Below, in pieces: positions 5,702 to 14,969 of a stretch of 56,867 nt of DNA. The position numbers were made by a program, and so were the translations under genes. The stretch spans positions 1 to 56,867 of the IMG/VR virus record IMGVR_UViG_3300049042_000288, one strand, 5' to 3'. The first letter of the stretch is position 1. Each line of letters opens with the position of its first letter. The DNA comes from a virus. Taxonomy: Duplodnaviria > Caudoviricetes. The notes beneath the pieces were generated by a model. It made no database searches. It was not told the origin of the DNA and worked only from the letters and a program-made list of their open reading frames with translations.

Positions 5702-8544
5702 GAATTCGCACTGGCTATTCATTCGGAACTGCATTCGGCCACATCGAACAGGTGGCCGCTGCGGAGGGGGCGAAGTGGTGGGGCTTCATGCCTATCACCG
5801 ACCGCGCCAGCACCTTCGGTTGGAACCGCTGGGCCAAGCTGGCGAAGCACAGGAATGCAACCCCTGTCCATGGTATCGAGATAGCCGTCTCGTCCAACAT
5901 GAACGCCAAGGACCGGGACATCGATTACTGGACATTCTACTCGACGGATGGAACCCTCAAGCCTTTGCACGACCTGCTGCACCGCGCTACGGCGCAGTTC
6001 AAGTGGGAGCCCGTGCTTTCCGTAGATCAGGCTCTCAGAGCCGAAAATGTCCTGATTGTATCTGGCGGTGGGGCGCTGCCAGAGGTGGTGACGCGCGCGG
6101 CGGGGAAGGAGAACTTCGCCGTCGCGCTGTCACCTAGCCTGAGCAAGTTCGCTTTCGACGTGAACCACAATGCTGGAGGGAGGTTCGTTCTCAGCAATGA
6201 TAACTTCTATTTGGATGGACGAAGCGAGCAAGCCTACCACGTTGCACTGGGACGAGGCGCGTCTTCAGCTACTTGGGATCAGGGGATCAACACTGAGGTG
6301 GAGGTCTCAAAATCACTGGTTCATAGACATGGATCTGAAGTAGTCCTCCGGGCTTCCAAGTTGGCTCGCGAATGGCTCGGAAGAGCTTCGGCGGCACAGA
6401 TGGTGGTGGGCCACCTGATCAGCCCTGAATGGGCCGCTGGGATCGATCTTGGTTCACAATGCAATGAAGAGCTTGCTCAGCGCGGTCTTGCAGGCGATGC
6501 AGCGTATGTACGACGACTGCAGCGCGAGATCGAAGTTATCCGCGAGAAGGGGTTCGATGACTACTTCCACGTGGTAGGCGATCTTGTTCGCTGGGCGCGC
6601 AAGGAGATGCTCGTTGGTCCTGCGCGTGGCTCATCGTGCGGCTCACTGGTGTGCTACCTGCTGGGGATCACGACCGTCGATCCGATCAAGCACGGCCTTC
6701 TCTTCGAACGCTTCATCGACGTGAACCGCTCGGACCTGCCTGACATCGACATCGACTTCTCTGACCGCCAGCGGGGCAGGGCCTTCGAGTACATGGAGAA
6801 ACGCTATGGAAGAGATCACGTTGCAAGGCTTGGCACAGTCGCACTTTTCAGGCCAGCATCCGCCCTGCACGCTGGAGCTGCTGCTTTCGGGATTCCCCGA
6901 TGGCGAGTGGATGCTCTCGCTGAAACCATTGAACCACGAGCAGCAGGTGATGATCGCGCACTACTATCCCTTTCTGATGCTTTTACATCCCTCCCGGGAG
7001 GCCGGAAGTTGGTTGAGGAGCATCCTGAGCTTGCCACTGTGGGACAGCTCGAAGGACACCCGCGACATCACAGCCAACATGCTGCCGGGGTTGTTCTCAC
7101 TGATCGACCAGTACGTGAGTACGTGGCAGTCGATGCCCGGACGAACGCAACGCATTGTGATCTCAAGGACGCATCCGACCTCGGACTTCTCAAGATCGAC
7201 TGCCTTGGTCTGAAGCAGCTCAGCGTCTTCGAGGACATGTTCGAGATTCTGGGATCGCCGTTCGACGATCTCTTCAAGCTGCCGCTCGACCTGCCAGAGC
7301 CGCTCAAGATATTCAACGACGGCAACTTCACGGGCATCTTCCAGTTCAACGGTCAAGCCCTGCAGGGCATCACAAAGCGCGTCAAAGTCAAGAGCTTCGA
7401 CGATATCGTGGCCATCACCGCACTGGCACGCCCGGGACCGCTGAACTCTGGCATGACGGAGACGTGGATCGAGCGCAAGATCGCCGGGTCGTATGACGCA
7501 CGCTATCCGGTGTTCTTCGACATCCTGAAGGACACGCACGGTGTGCCTGTCTATCAGGAGCAGATCATGCAGATGTGCCGGGCGGTCGGCTTTGGTTGGG
7601 ACGACGTGACAGCCGTCCGTAAGGCGATGGGCAAGTCCATGGGTCTTGATTACCTGCGCCGCTGGATGCCCCGATTTGTCGATGGCTGCGAACAGAATAA
7701 CATCGGCAGAATTCAGGCAGAGAAGCTTTGGGGCGAGCTGTGCGAATTCGGTGCCTACGCCTTCAACAAGTCTCACTCGGTCGCCTACGCCGTGATCTCG
7801 TACTGGTGCGCGTGGGCCAAGGCGACGTACCCACTGGAGTTCGCAGCCGCCACCCTGACACACGAAGAGGACGCGGAGAAACAAATTCGCATCCTGCGCG
7901 AGCTGGTCGCCAACGGAGCCACCTACAAGGCCGTTGACCCTGACCTGTCGACCGACAAGTGGCAGGTCCATGGGCGCATGCTGCTGGGCCCCCTGACCGG
8001 GATCATCGGTCTGGGGCCGAAGATGCTGAGTGAGGTCATGAGCAGCCGCGCCCGCCCGGGCGAGGAGATCAAGGGCCGAACGCTGAAGATGCTGCAGGGC
8101 GCGCGCACCAACATCGACAGCCTCTGGCCGATCAGGGACAAAGCCATTGAGCTGCTGAAGAAGACACCTCATGGATTGAAGACACAGGCCATCCCTGTCG
8201 AGACGATGCTGGACCCCGGCTACAACACTGGCTGGGACACATGCGTCGCCATGGTGGTCGTTGATCGCCTGAACATCAAGGACGCGAACGACGAAGCGGG
8301 GATCGCCAAGCGCGGATTTGCTATCCGTGGCAAGGACACCAAGAGCCTGAACGTGTTCGTGCATGATGACACCGGGCAGATGTTCACGAAGGTGAGCGAG
8401 GCCCTGTTCGAGAAGGTGGGCCAGCCCATGATCGAGCGCGGTGGGGCAGGCAAGGCGATCTATGCCCTGCGCGGCAGGGTGCGTAACGGAGATTTCAGAA
8501 TGATGCACATAGAGAAGGCGCTCTATCTGGGAGACAAGACATGA
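5653..8544 (+). CDS. dnaE: DNA polymerase III alpha subunit-like (family C) polymerase; true start probably GTG 5686 or TTG 5698
   Basis: GPARGSSCGSLVCYLLGIT, LLFERF, PDIDIDF, HAAGVV, LLKIDCLGL, RPGP, YQEQIM and YAFNKSH motifs. Confidence 0.95.
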   Translation: MADGSLQRLQAVEIALRIRTGYSFGTAFGHIEQVAAAEGAKWWGFMPITDRASTFGWNRWAKLAKHRNATPVHGIEIAVSSNMNAKDRDIDYWTFYSTDGTLKPLHDLLHRATAQFKWEPVLSVDQALRAENVLIVSGGGALPEVVTRAAGKENFAVALSPSLSKFAFDVNHNAGGRFVLSNDNFYLDGRSEQAYHVALGRGASSATWDQGINTEVEVSKSLVHRHGSEVVLRASKLAREWLGRASAAQMVVGHLISPEWAAGIDLGSQCNEELAQRGLAGDAAYVRRLQREIEVIREKGFDDYFHVVGDLVRWARKEMLVGPARGSSCGSLVCYLLGITTVDPIKHGLLFERFIDVNRSDLPDIDIDFSDRQRGRAFEYMEKRYGRDHVARLGTVALFRPASALHAGAAAFGIPRWRVDALAETIEPRAAGDDRALLSLSDAFTSLPGGRKLVEEHPELATVGQLEGHPRHHSQHAAGVVLTDRPVREYVAVDARTNATHCDLKDASDLGLLKIDCLGLKQLSVFEDMFEILGSPFDDLFKLPLDLPEPLKIFNDGNFTGIFQFNGQALQGITKRVKVKSFDDIVAITALARPGPLNSGMTETWIERKIAGSYDARYPVFFDILKDTHGVPVYQEQIMQMCRAVGFGWDDVTAVRKAMGKSMGLDYLRRWMPRFVDGCEQNNIGRIQAEKLWGELCEFGAYAFNKSHSVAYAVISYWCAWAKATYPLEFAAATLTHEEDAEKQIRILRELVANGATYKAVDPDLSTDKWQVHGRMLLGPLTGIIGLGPKMLSEVMSSRARPGEEIKGRTLKMLQGARTNIDSLWPIRDKAIELLKKTPHGLKTQAIPVETMLDPGYNTGWDTCVAMVVVDRLNIKDANDEAGIAKRGFAIRGKDTKSLNVFVHDDTGQMFTKVSEALFEKVGQPMIERGGAGKAIYALRGRVRNGDFRMMHIEKALYLGDKT

Positions 8545-8590
8545 CGCTCTACAAGGGTGGTAACAACGAGATCTTCTGGGTGGTGACGCG

Positions 8591-9205
8591 ATGAATATTG
8601 ACCAACTACTGTCAGACTTTGATGCAGCCGTTACGCGCGCTCAGTTGGCGAACCAAGAAGAATTGCCTGCGTGGGCACATCGGCGGGCTGGATTGGTTGC
8701 TGTCATCGCTGCCGTGGCTGAGTGGAAGCCTATTGAGACAGCGCCAGACGACATCAAGGAACTGGTGAAGCGGCTGCGTGCGCCTGAAATGTTCTTGAAC
8801 CGCGACAGGCAAGAAGCAGCCGACGCGCTTGACGCACTGGTTGCAGAGCGCGACCGCCTGACGAGGGAGGTTGATGCGTTGCAGCAGTGGAAAGATGCGG
8901 CCAAGGCCGCTGAAGCTTCTTGGGACTTGAGGGAAGTTGGAAAGCTGATCAGCGCCCCGCTTGGTGCCCCTATTCGGCCCGCTATCCAGCCCGCCATCGA
9001 ACGCCTTGCGGCTGAGAACAAACAACTGCGCGCAGAACGCGACAGCCTGAGGGCTGCGCTGGAGCGGGTGCGCGCGATGGCGACATTAGTACTGGATGGT
9101 GCCGAAGCTCTCGACACCATCGAAGCCCTGCGCGCAGAGCGCGACCGCCTGAAGGGTGAGGTGGAGCGGTGGCGGGCTGCGTTTAACAAGGAGAAGGGGT
9201 TCTGA
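8591..9205 (+). CDS. Hypothetical coiled-coil protein
   Basis: 204 aa; WKPIETAP motif; repeated L(R/V)AERD(R/S)L. Confidence 0.75.
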   Translation: MNIDQLLSDFDAAVTRAQLANQEELPAWAHRRAGLVAVIAAVAEWKPIETAPDDIKELVKRLRAPEMFLNRDRQEAADALDALVAERDRLTREVDALQQWKDAAKAAEASWDLREVGKLISAPLGAPIRPAIQPAIERLAAENKQLRAERDSLRAALERVRAMATLVLDGAEALDTIEALRAERDRLKGEVERWRAAFNKEKGF

Positions 9206-9208
9206 TCC

Positions 9209-11473
9209 ATGAGTCGCATATCATCCATCTCTGAACTCACATCGGTACGCGACTATCTCGGACGCATCGGAGCGCGTGTGCGCTCCATGCGCACTGCGGT
9301 GGTGGAAGAGCGGGCTGGCAAGTATTGGCGAGATGTCGCCATCGTGCGATTCGAGAAGAACGGCGAGGTCAAGACCGATGTCCGCTTCGAACCCACAGAG
9401 ACCGAACAACAGGCGCTGACCGCCGAGTTCAGCACCGCCACGTTCCCATCGAACAAGGTAGTCTACGAGCCGCCCTCATGGCCTGACGAGGTGCAGGCGC
9501 TGATCGATGCCGGGGATACGGATCGTTACTTCGAACTCAGGGACAGGGATGGCGCGCTCCTGATGGTGCAGGTTCGTCGTCAACTCAAAGCGGATAGCCC
9601 TGATGACAGGGCCTACATCCCTTGGTCCTTCTGGGACGATGACCAGTGGCGGCAAATGGAGCCGGAAGGAATGCTGCCGCTCTGGGGCATGGACAAGCTG
9701 GGCGACCATGCGACGGTGTTCATTCACGAGGGGGCCAAGGCCGCTCGCGCCATGCAGAGGATGGTGAGCCGAGCGACGCCCGCCGACAGGGAGAAGTACG
9801 ATGCCCACCCATGGGCAACAGAGCTGAGCAACGCCGCCCATATTGGCTGGATCGGGGGCGCACTAAGCCCCCAACGCACAGACTGGAGCAGCCTCAGGAA
9901 GGCAGGAGTGAAGAGAGCCTTCATCGTCAGCGACAATGACAATCCCGGTCGCAGCGCAGTGCCAGCCGTCGCCTTCAAGCTGGACATGATCACTTTCCAT
10001 CTGCAGTTCGACCAGACGTTCCCGGGGAGCTTCGATCTGGCCGACGAGTTCCCGGATGACATGTTCGAGGGGTTCGAGGGAGGGCGCACTTACATAGGAC
10101 CACCGTTCAGGACGTGCATCCACCCGGCTACATGGGCGACGGACCTGATCCCCAACAAGCAGGGAAAGCCGACCGCCGTCCTGCGTGAGCATTTCAAGGA
10201 CCTGTTCGCCTACGCCGAGGCCAGCGACCTGTTCGTGTGCAAGGAGATGCCCCACATCGTCCGCAGCGAGAAGATCATGAACAACCTGCTCGCGCCCTTC
10301 TCCCACGTGCCAGAGACCACGAAGCTGATCGTCAAGGCATACAACGGACGCACCGTGTCGCTGAGCTACAGGCCTGACCAGAAAGAGCGCATGGTCACGA
10401 CCGAGGAGGCCAGCATCAACCTGCACGTGCCCGGCTATGTGAAGGCGAAGGCTGGCAACCCACGTCCATGGATCGAGTTCATGGAGTACCTGATCCCGGA
10501 CGCCACAGAACGGCTGGAGATGATGCGGTGGTGCGCCACCCTCATTGCCCGGCCTGATGTCAGGATGGAGTATGGCGTCCTGCTGGTGAGCGAGAAGCAG
10601 GGCATCGGGAAGACCACACTGGGATCGACGATCCTCGCCCCGCTGGTTGGTCGGCACAACACGGGCTATCCGACCGAGAGCATGATCGTTAACAGCGATT
10701 TCAATGATTGGCTGGCCAACAAAAGATTGGTGATCGTCAACGAGATTTACTCTGGTCATAGCTGGAAGGCCTACAACACACTGAAGTCGTACATTACAGA
10801 CAAGCAGGTGACCGTTAACGTTAAGTACCAGAGGCCCTACACCGTGGATAACTGGGCCCATATCTTCGCGTGTTCCAACAGCCTTAACGCCCTCAGGATG
10901 GAGGAAGATGACAGGCGCTGGTTTCACCCCAAGGTGGCCGAGGTGGCATGGCCCCGAGAGCGGTTCGCAACACTCAACAAGTGGCTCTCAGGAGGCGGTC
11001 TGGGCGTCATCAAGGCGTGGGCAGAGGGGTTCGAGATGGGTGGCACTGGTGCCTATGTGGTGCCCGGCGAGCGGGCTCCCATGACCGTCCAGAAGAAGAC
11101 GTTGATCCGGGAGAGCATGAGCGAGGCAAAGAGGGAGGCGCTGGTGCTGGCGGAAGCCATGATCGCTGATCGCCGTTCGCTGTCCGTTGGGAGCCATTCG
11201 GTGAGGCAGTGGGTCATCGAACAGCTCGCCAAAACAGGGCGGGTTTACGAGGCTGAAAACGACATTGTGAGGGCCATGAAGAACGCCGGACTGCACTCCA
11301 TCAAGGAGGTAAAACTGGGTGGTAGAATGCAGGTGGCGCTCTACAACGATACGTTGAAGAAAGAGGCAGAGGAGGATGCAAAGTTGCAGAACATCTCAGA
11401 GGAGAAGTCGCTGCGAAATGCAATCAGGGATAGGTTTCTCTCTCCGGGGGAAATTATGAAGGAGGGCTTCTAG
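9209..11473 (+). CDS. Primase-helicase (N-terminal TOPRIM-like, C-terminal SF3/DUF5906-like P-loop)
   Basis: FIHEG...GWIGGA...VSDND (TOPRIM); QGIGKTT Walker A; IVNEI Walker B; CSN and DDRRW. Confidence 0.85.
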   Translation: MSRISSISELTSVRDYLGRIGARVRSMRTAVVEERAGKYWRDVAIVRFEKNGEVKTDVRFEPTETEQQALTAEFSTATFPSNKVVYEPPSWPDEVQALIDAGDTDRYFELRDRDGALLMVQVRRQLKADSPDDRAYIPWSFWDDDQWRQMEPEGMLPLWGMDKLGDHATVFIHEGAKAARAMQRMVSRATPADREKYDAHPWATELSNAAHIGWIGGALSPQRTDWSSLRKAGVKRAFIVSDNDNPGRSAVPAVAFKLDMITFHLQFDQTFPGSFDLADEFPDDMFEGFEGGRTYIGPPFRTCIHPATWATDLIPNKQGKPTAVLREHFKDLFAYAEASDLFVCKEMPHIVRSEKIMNNLLAPFSHVPETTKLIVKAYNGRTVSLSYRPDQKERMVTTEEASINLHVPGYVKAKAGNPRPWIEFMEYLIPDATERLEMMRWCATLIARPDVRMEYGVLLVSEKQGIGKTTLGSTILAPLVGRHNTGYPTESMIVNSDFNDWLANKRLVIVNEIYSGHSWKAYNTLKSYITDKQVTVNVKYQRPYTVDNWAHIFACSNSLNALRMEEDDRRWFHPKVAEVAWPRERFATLNKWLSGGGLGVIKAWAEGFEMGGTGAYVVPGERAPMTVQKKTLIRESMSEAKREALVLAEAMIADRRSLSVGSHSVRQWVIEQLAKTGRVYEAENDIVRAMKNAGLHSIKEVKLGGRMQVALYNDTLKKEAEEDAKLQNISEEKSLRNAIRDRFLSPGEIMKEGF

Positions 11474-11505
11474 AAGTTGAGTTGGCGGAAAAGCGCCAAA
11501 TAAAA

Positions 11506-11626
11506 AGGACGGAGGACGGAGATACTTCCACAGTTTGGGACTTCTATAGGATAAAAGGGGATAATATTAAAAAAGAAATAGAGAGCGTAAAGGGGAAACT
11601 TCAGGCGGTCCTCCGTCCTCCGTCCT
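11506..11626. promoter_or_regulatory. Candidate replication origin
   Basis: Perfect 16-bp inverted repeat AGGACGGAGGACGGAG / CTCCGTCCTCCGTCCT around an A-rich spacer, just downstream of the primase-helicase gene. Confidence 0.55.
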
Positions 11627-11656
11627 CGGTTAAAAAATCAAAAGGAGAGCACACTT

Positions 11657-12100
11657 ATGCTGACTGAGACCAAGCTTTCGCAGATGGTCGGACGCCTCTG
11701 GATCGGTTGGTATGATCGCATCCAACCCGCTCATGGATCGACCATGGGTTTTCCTGACCTGCTCCTGTTCGATCCGGCGGTCGGTCACTTGCCTGTGGAG
11801 TTAAAGCTTGGGCACCACCCTCAGACCAATTTGATCCGCACCAGCGACTTGCGCCCTGCCCAAATCAGATGGCATAAAGGGATTGCCCAGCATGGCGGGT
11901 TCTCCGCGATCCTGATCGGCGTCCCTGATGGTAAAGGCTCTGCCACCATCTACGCAGTTAACGGACGCGATTGTGAGCGACTGCTCACTGACATCGGTAT
12001 CTTTGAAGGGGTGGCTACAAAGATCGCTCCTGTCGAGTTCAGAACAGCTCTCTTGAGCTGGGTGAAGATGGAGAAGTCGCATGCCAAGTCTCGTCCTTAG
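11657..12100 (+). CDS. PD-(D/E)XK nuclease (VRR-NUC/Holliday junction resolvase-like)
   Basis: GFPDLL...VELK...LRPAQIRWH. Confidence 0.8.
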   Translation: MLTETKLSQMVGRLWIGWYDRIQPAHGSTMGFPDLLLFDPAVGHLPVELKLGHHPQTNLIRTSDLRPAQIRWHKGIAQHGGFSAILIGVPDGKGSATIYAVNGRDCERLLTDIGIFEGVATKIAPVEFRTALLSWVKMEKSHAKSRP

Positions 12101-12581
12101 GGTTACCCGTGGCAGCGTGATTTACGCCACCGACAAGCTTAAATCAGTGATTTCGGTATACTGCCCCATCGAGACCCAGACACGCATCCATCGCAACGAT
12201 CCGAACAAGAACCGCCGCCGTATCGAGAAGCCCCTATTCCCCGGTTATGCTTTCGTTGAGGACACTCCCGAAGCTCGCAAGGTCGACCTGAAGCTCACCC
12301 TCGGCGACACGGCTGATGCCCACTACATGCACTGGAACGACAAGTACCTGCTCATTTCCGACCGGGAGATTGACCGGGTCAAGGCAATCGAGCGATCCAT
12401 TGCTGATCTGGCTGCAGTATCCCCCATAGGTCGGATCTGGAAGCCGGGCGACAGCGTCAAGATCCTGAGAGGCGTGCTGTCCGGGTCACTGGGCACAGTT
12501 GTTAACCTCCGCAAACGGACAGCCCTCGTAGCCATGAAGGGGCGCAGTCCGATTTTCATGGATGTGGCGATACTGGGGTAG
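12081..12581 (+). CDS. NusG-family transcription antitermination factor (NGN + KOW)
   Basis: EKPLFPGYAFV and KPGDSVKILRGVLSGSLGTV motifs. Confidence 0.85.
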   Translation: MPSLVLRVTRGSVIYATDKLKSVISVYCPIETQTRIHRNDPNKNRRRIEKPLFPGYAFVEDTPEARKVDLKLTLGDTADAHYMHWNDKYLLISDREIDRVKAIERSIADLAAVSPIGRIWKPGDSVKILRGVLSGSLGTVVNLRKRTALVAMKGRSPIFMDVAILG

Positions 12582-12729
12582 GGCTTGCGCGCTGCCTCAT
12601 CTTGCCGTAGAAGTCAACACTGGACGACCCGGCTGATCCTCTGATTTTACCGCGCAGAGAGTCGGACCCAGCGCACAGCGTGCGCCCACAAATCCATAAT
12701 CATAACCCCAGAACCATAGGAAGTGGCAC

Positions 12730-13203
12730 ATGACCATGACCCCTAATGGCCGGGGCTCACGTCGTGTGAAGCTCTTCAGGCCCGAGATCGCAGAACAGAT
12801 ACTCGATGCAATTGAAGATGGCCGCAGCGTCAGATCGATCTGCGAAGAGATTGGCTTTCACAAGGCTATATTCCACGGCTGGGTGGTGGATGACGTGGAG
12901 GGCCTCGCTGCCCGCTACACACGCGCGAAAACAATCGGCAACGAAGCCATCGTCGAGCGCATTGCAGAGATCGCAGCAGGCGAGCATCGCACAGGCCCCG
13001 ACGACCACGTAGCAGTGGGTCGCGACAGGCTGCACGTCGACACGCTGAAGTGGCACGCCGCGAAGGTCGCACCGACGAAATACGGTGACAGCTCGACGCT
13101 CCAAATCAAGGACGTGAACGACACCATCACCATCGTTCCACGCACGAAAGAAGACATCGCCGCTGCACGCGCAGCCTTCCTCGCGAAGCATGGCAAGCAG
13201 TGA
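12730..13203 (+). CDS. terS: Terminase small subunit
   Basis: IEDGRSVRSIC HTH, ARYTRAK, RLHVDTLKWHAAKVAPTKYGD; immediately upstream of TerL. Confidence 0.85.
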   Translation: MTMTPNGRGSRRVKLFRPEIAEQILDAIEDGRSVRSICEEIGFHKAIFHGWVVDDVEGLAARYTRAKTIGNEAIVERIAEIAAGEHRTGPDDHVAVGRDRLHVDTLKWHAAKVAPTKYGDSSTLQIKDVNDTITIVPRTKEDIAAARAAFLAKHGKQ

Positions 13204-14654
13204 ACTTCAACTACGGCTGGACGCCTCAGGCTGGTCCACAAGAAGCGTTCCTCGATTCACACCCGTTCTTCGACGTGTTGTTTGGTGGCGCTCGTGGAGG
13301 AGGAAAGACCGACGCCTGTCTCGGCGAGTTCCTCTGGCACGCCATGGACTGTGGAAGCGCCGCAAGGGGCGTGTTCATGCGCCGGGAGATGCCTCAGGCT
13401 GACTCGCTCATCGACCGCAGCCATGACCTGTTCAGACCGCTCGGTTGGAACTTCCAGAAAGTGGATCGACAGTGGACCGCCCCAAACGGGGCGATCTTGC
13501 GTTTCAGGCCCCTCGAAGACGACCGCGATGCCGAGAAATATCAGGGTCAACAGTTCAGCCGCGTGTACCTCGAAGAGCTGACCAACTGGCCGACACCCAA
13601 AGCCGCCGACAAGATGAAGGCCACGCTGCGCTCAGCGCGCGGCGCTCCCGTCCTGTTCCGCGCCACTGCCAACCCCGGGGGTGCTGGTCACCATTGGGTG
13701 AAGATGCGCTACATCGATCAGAACCCGATGGGCTACCAGCCATTGCTCGACGAGAGTGGCGAGTACAGCCGCATGTTCATTCCGGCATTCGTCACGGACA
13801 ACGTACAGCTCCTGACGAACGATCCGGGATACTTGTCCCGCCTTCAACTGTCCGGCTCGAAAGAGCTGGTGCGCGCATGGTTGGAAGGCGATTGGAACGT
13901 GGTCGAAGGCGCGTTCTTCGACAACTGGTCAAGCGACCGCCACATCACTCGGCCATTCACGATACCGAAGCACTGGCTCCGTTTTCGCTCAGCCGATTGG
14001 GGTAGCGCGAAGCCATTCAGCATCGGTTGGTATGGCGTGGCGAGCGAGGATTACCTCATGCCGAACGGCAAGACGCTGCCGCGCGGTGGGCTCATCAAGT
14101 ACCGCGAGTGGTACGGCTCTGATGGCACGCCGAACGTCGGCCTCAAGATGACTGCCGAGTCCGTGGCCGCGGGCATCCTGCAGCGCGAGGACAGCGAGAA
14201 GATTGACTACTCGGTCATGGACCCTGCAGCGTTCGCCAGTGACGGTGGACCGAGCATCGCCGAGCGCATGGCCATGCCACCCTATCGCGTCCTGTTCAGG
14301 CCTGCCGACAACAAGCGCATCGCAACGGTTGGTCACATGGGTGGATGGGACATGCTGCGCCACCGCCTCGAAGGCGAGGCCAACGACCGACCGATGCTCG
14401 TTTTCTTCTCGACCTGCACCGACAGCATCCGCACCATCCCGCTGCTGCAGCACGACAAGAACCGGGCCGAAGACGTTGATACTGACGGCGAAGATCACGC
14501 TGGCGACGATACCCGTTACGCCTGCCTGTCTCGCCCATGGACGAAGCCGCAGGAGAAGATCACCCCGCAGCACCTCGAAGGCCTCACTAGACTCACCATC
14601 AACGACCTCTGGAAGCGTCAAGCTTCAAGCAGCAAGGGAACACCCCGGATATGA
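13200..14654 (+). CDS. terL: Terminase large subunit
   Basis: GGARGGGKT, YLEE, TANPGG, DWG and EDHAGDDTRY motifs. Confidence 0.95.
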   Translation: MNFNYGWTPQAGPQEAFLDSHPFFDVLFGGARGGGKTDACLGEFLWHAMDCGSAARGVFMRREMPQADSLIDRSHDLFRPLGWNFQKVDRQWTAPNGAILRFRPLEDDRDAEKYQGQQFSRVYLEELTNWPTPKAADKMKATLRSARGAPVLFRATANPGGAGHHWVKMRYIDQNPMGYQPLLDESGEYSRMFIPAFVTDNVQLLTNDPGYLSRLQLSGSKELVRAWLEGDWNVVEGAFFDNWSSDRHITRPFTIPKHWLRFRSADWGSAKPFSIGWYGVASEDYLMPNGKTLPRGGLIKYREWYGSDGTPNVGLKMTAESVAAGILQREDSEKIDYSVMDPAAFASDGGPSIAERMAMPPYRVLFRPADNKRIATVGHMGGWDMLRHRLEGEANDRPMLVFFSTCTDSIRTIPLLQHDKNRAEDVDTDGEDHAGDDTRYACLSRPWTKPQEKITPQHLEGLTRLTINDLWKRQASSSKGTPRI

Positions 14655-14962
14655 CAGAAGTCACGCGAGTAGGCGGCGCGGCATTTGATGCTGGCGTCGC
14701 AACGAACATTACGACCAACACAACGACTCTCGTCTGCTCTGGCCCGGGCACCTTGGTGCGCATCGTCATCGGCCATCCAGCCGGAACGGGTACGGTCACG
14801 ATCTACGATGGTTTGACTGCCGCTGGCACGCCCATTGGAACTATTGTCACGCATACAGCTCCGCAGCCGATGACACTCGACTTCAACTGCGCGTTCAACA
14901 CGGGCCTGTGCATCGTCACGGCTGTTGCAGTGCAGAACATCACCGTCGTTCACAGGCCGTAG
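14651..14962 (+). CDS. Small beta-rich protein, probably structural
   Basis: 103 aa, Thr/Gly-rich, ATGA coupled to TerL. Confidence 0.65.
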   Translation: MTEVTRVGGAAFDAGVATNITTNTTTLVCSGPGTLVRIVIGHPAGTGTVTIYDGLTAAGTPIGTIVTHTAPQPMTLDFNCAFNTGLCIVTAVAVQNITVVHRP

Positions 14963-14969
14963 ACACCAG

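Noticed and set aside
6964-8508. 514-aa minus-strand ORF
   Set aside because: Shadow of dnaE.
5653-8544. Intein or intron in dnaE
   Set aside because: Motif spacing is compact and I saw no splice-junction or homing endonuclease signatures.
11482-11667. 61-aa ORF
   Set aside because: TTG start without RBS; overlies the inverted-repeat origin candidate.
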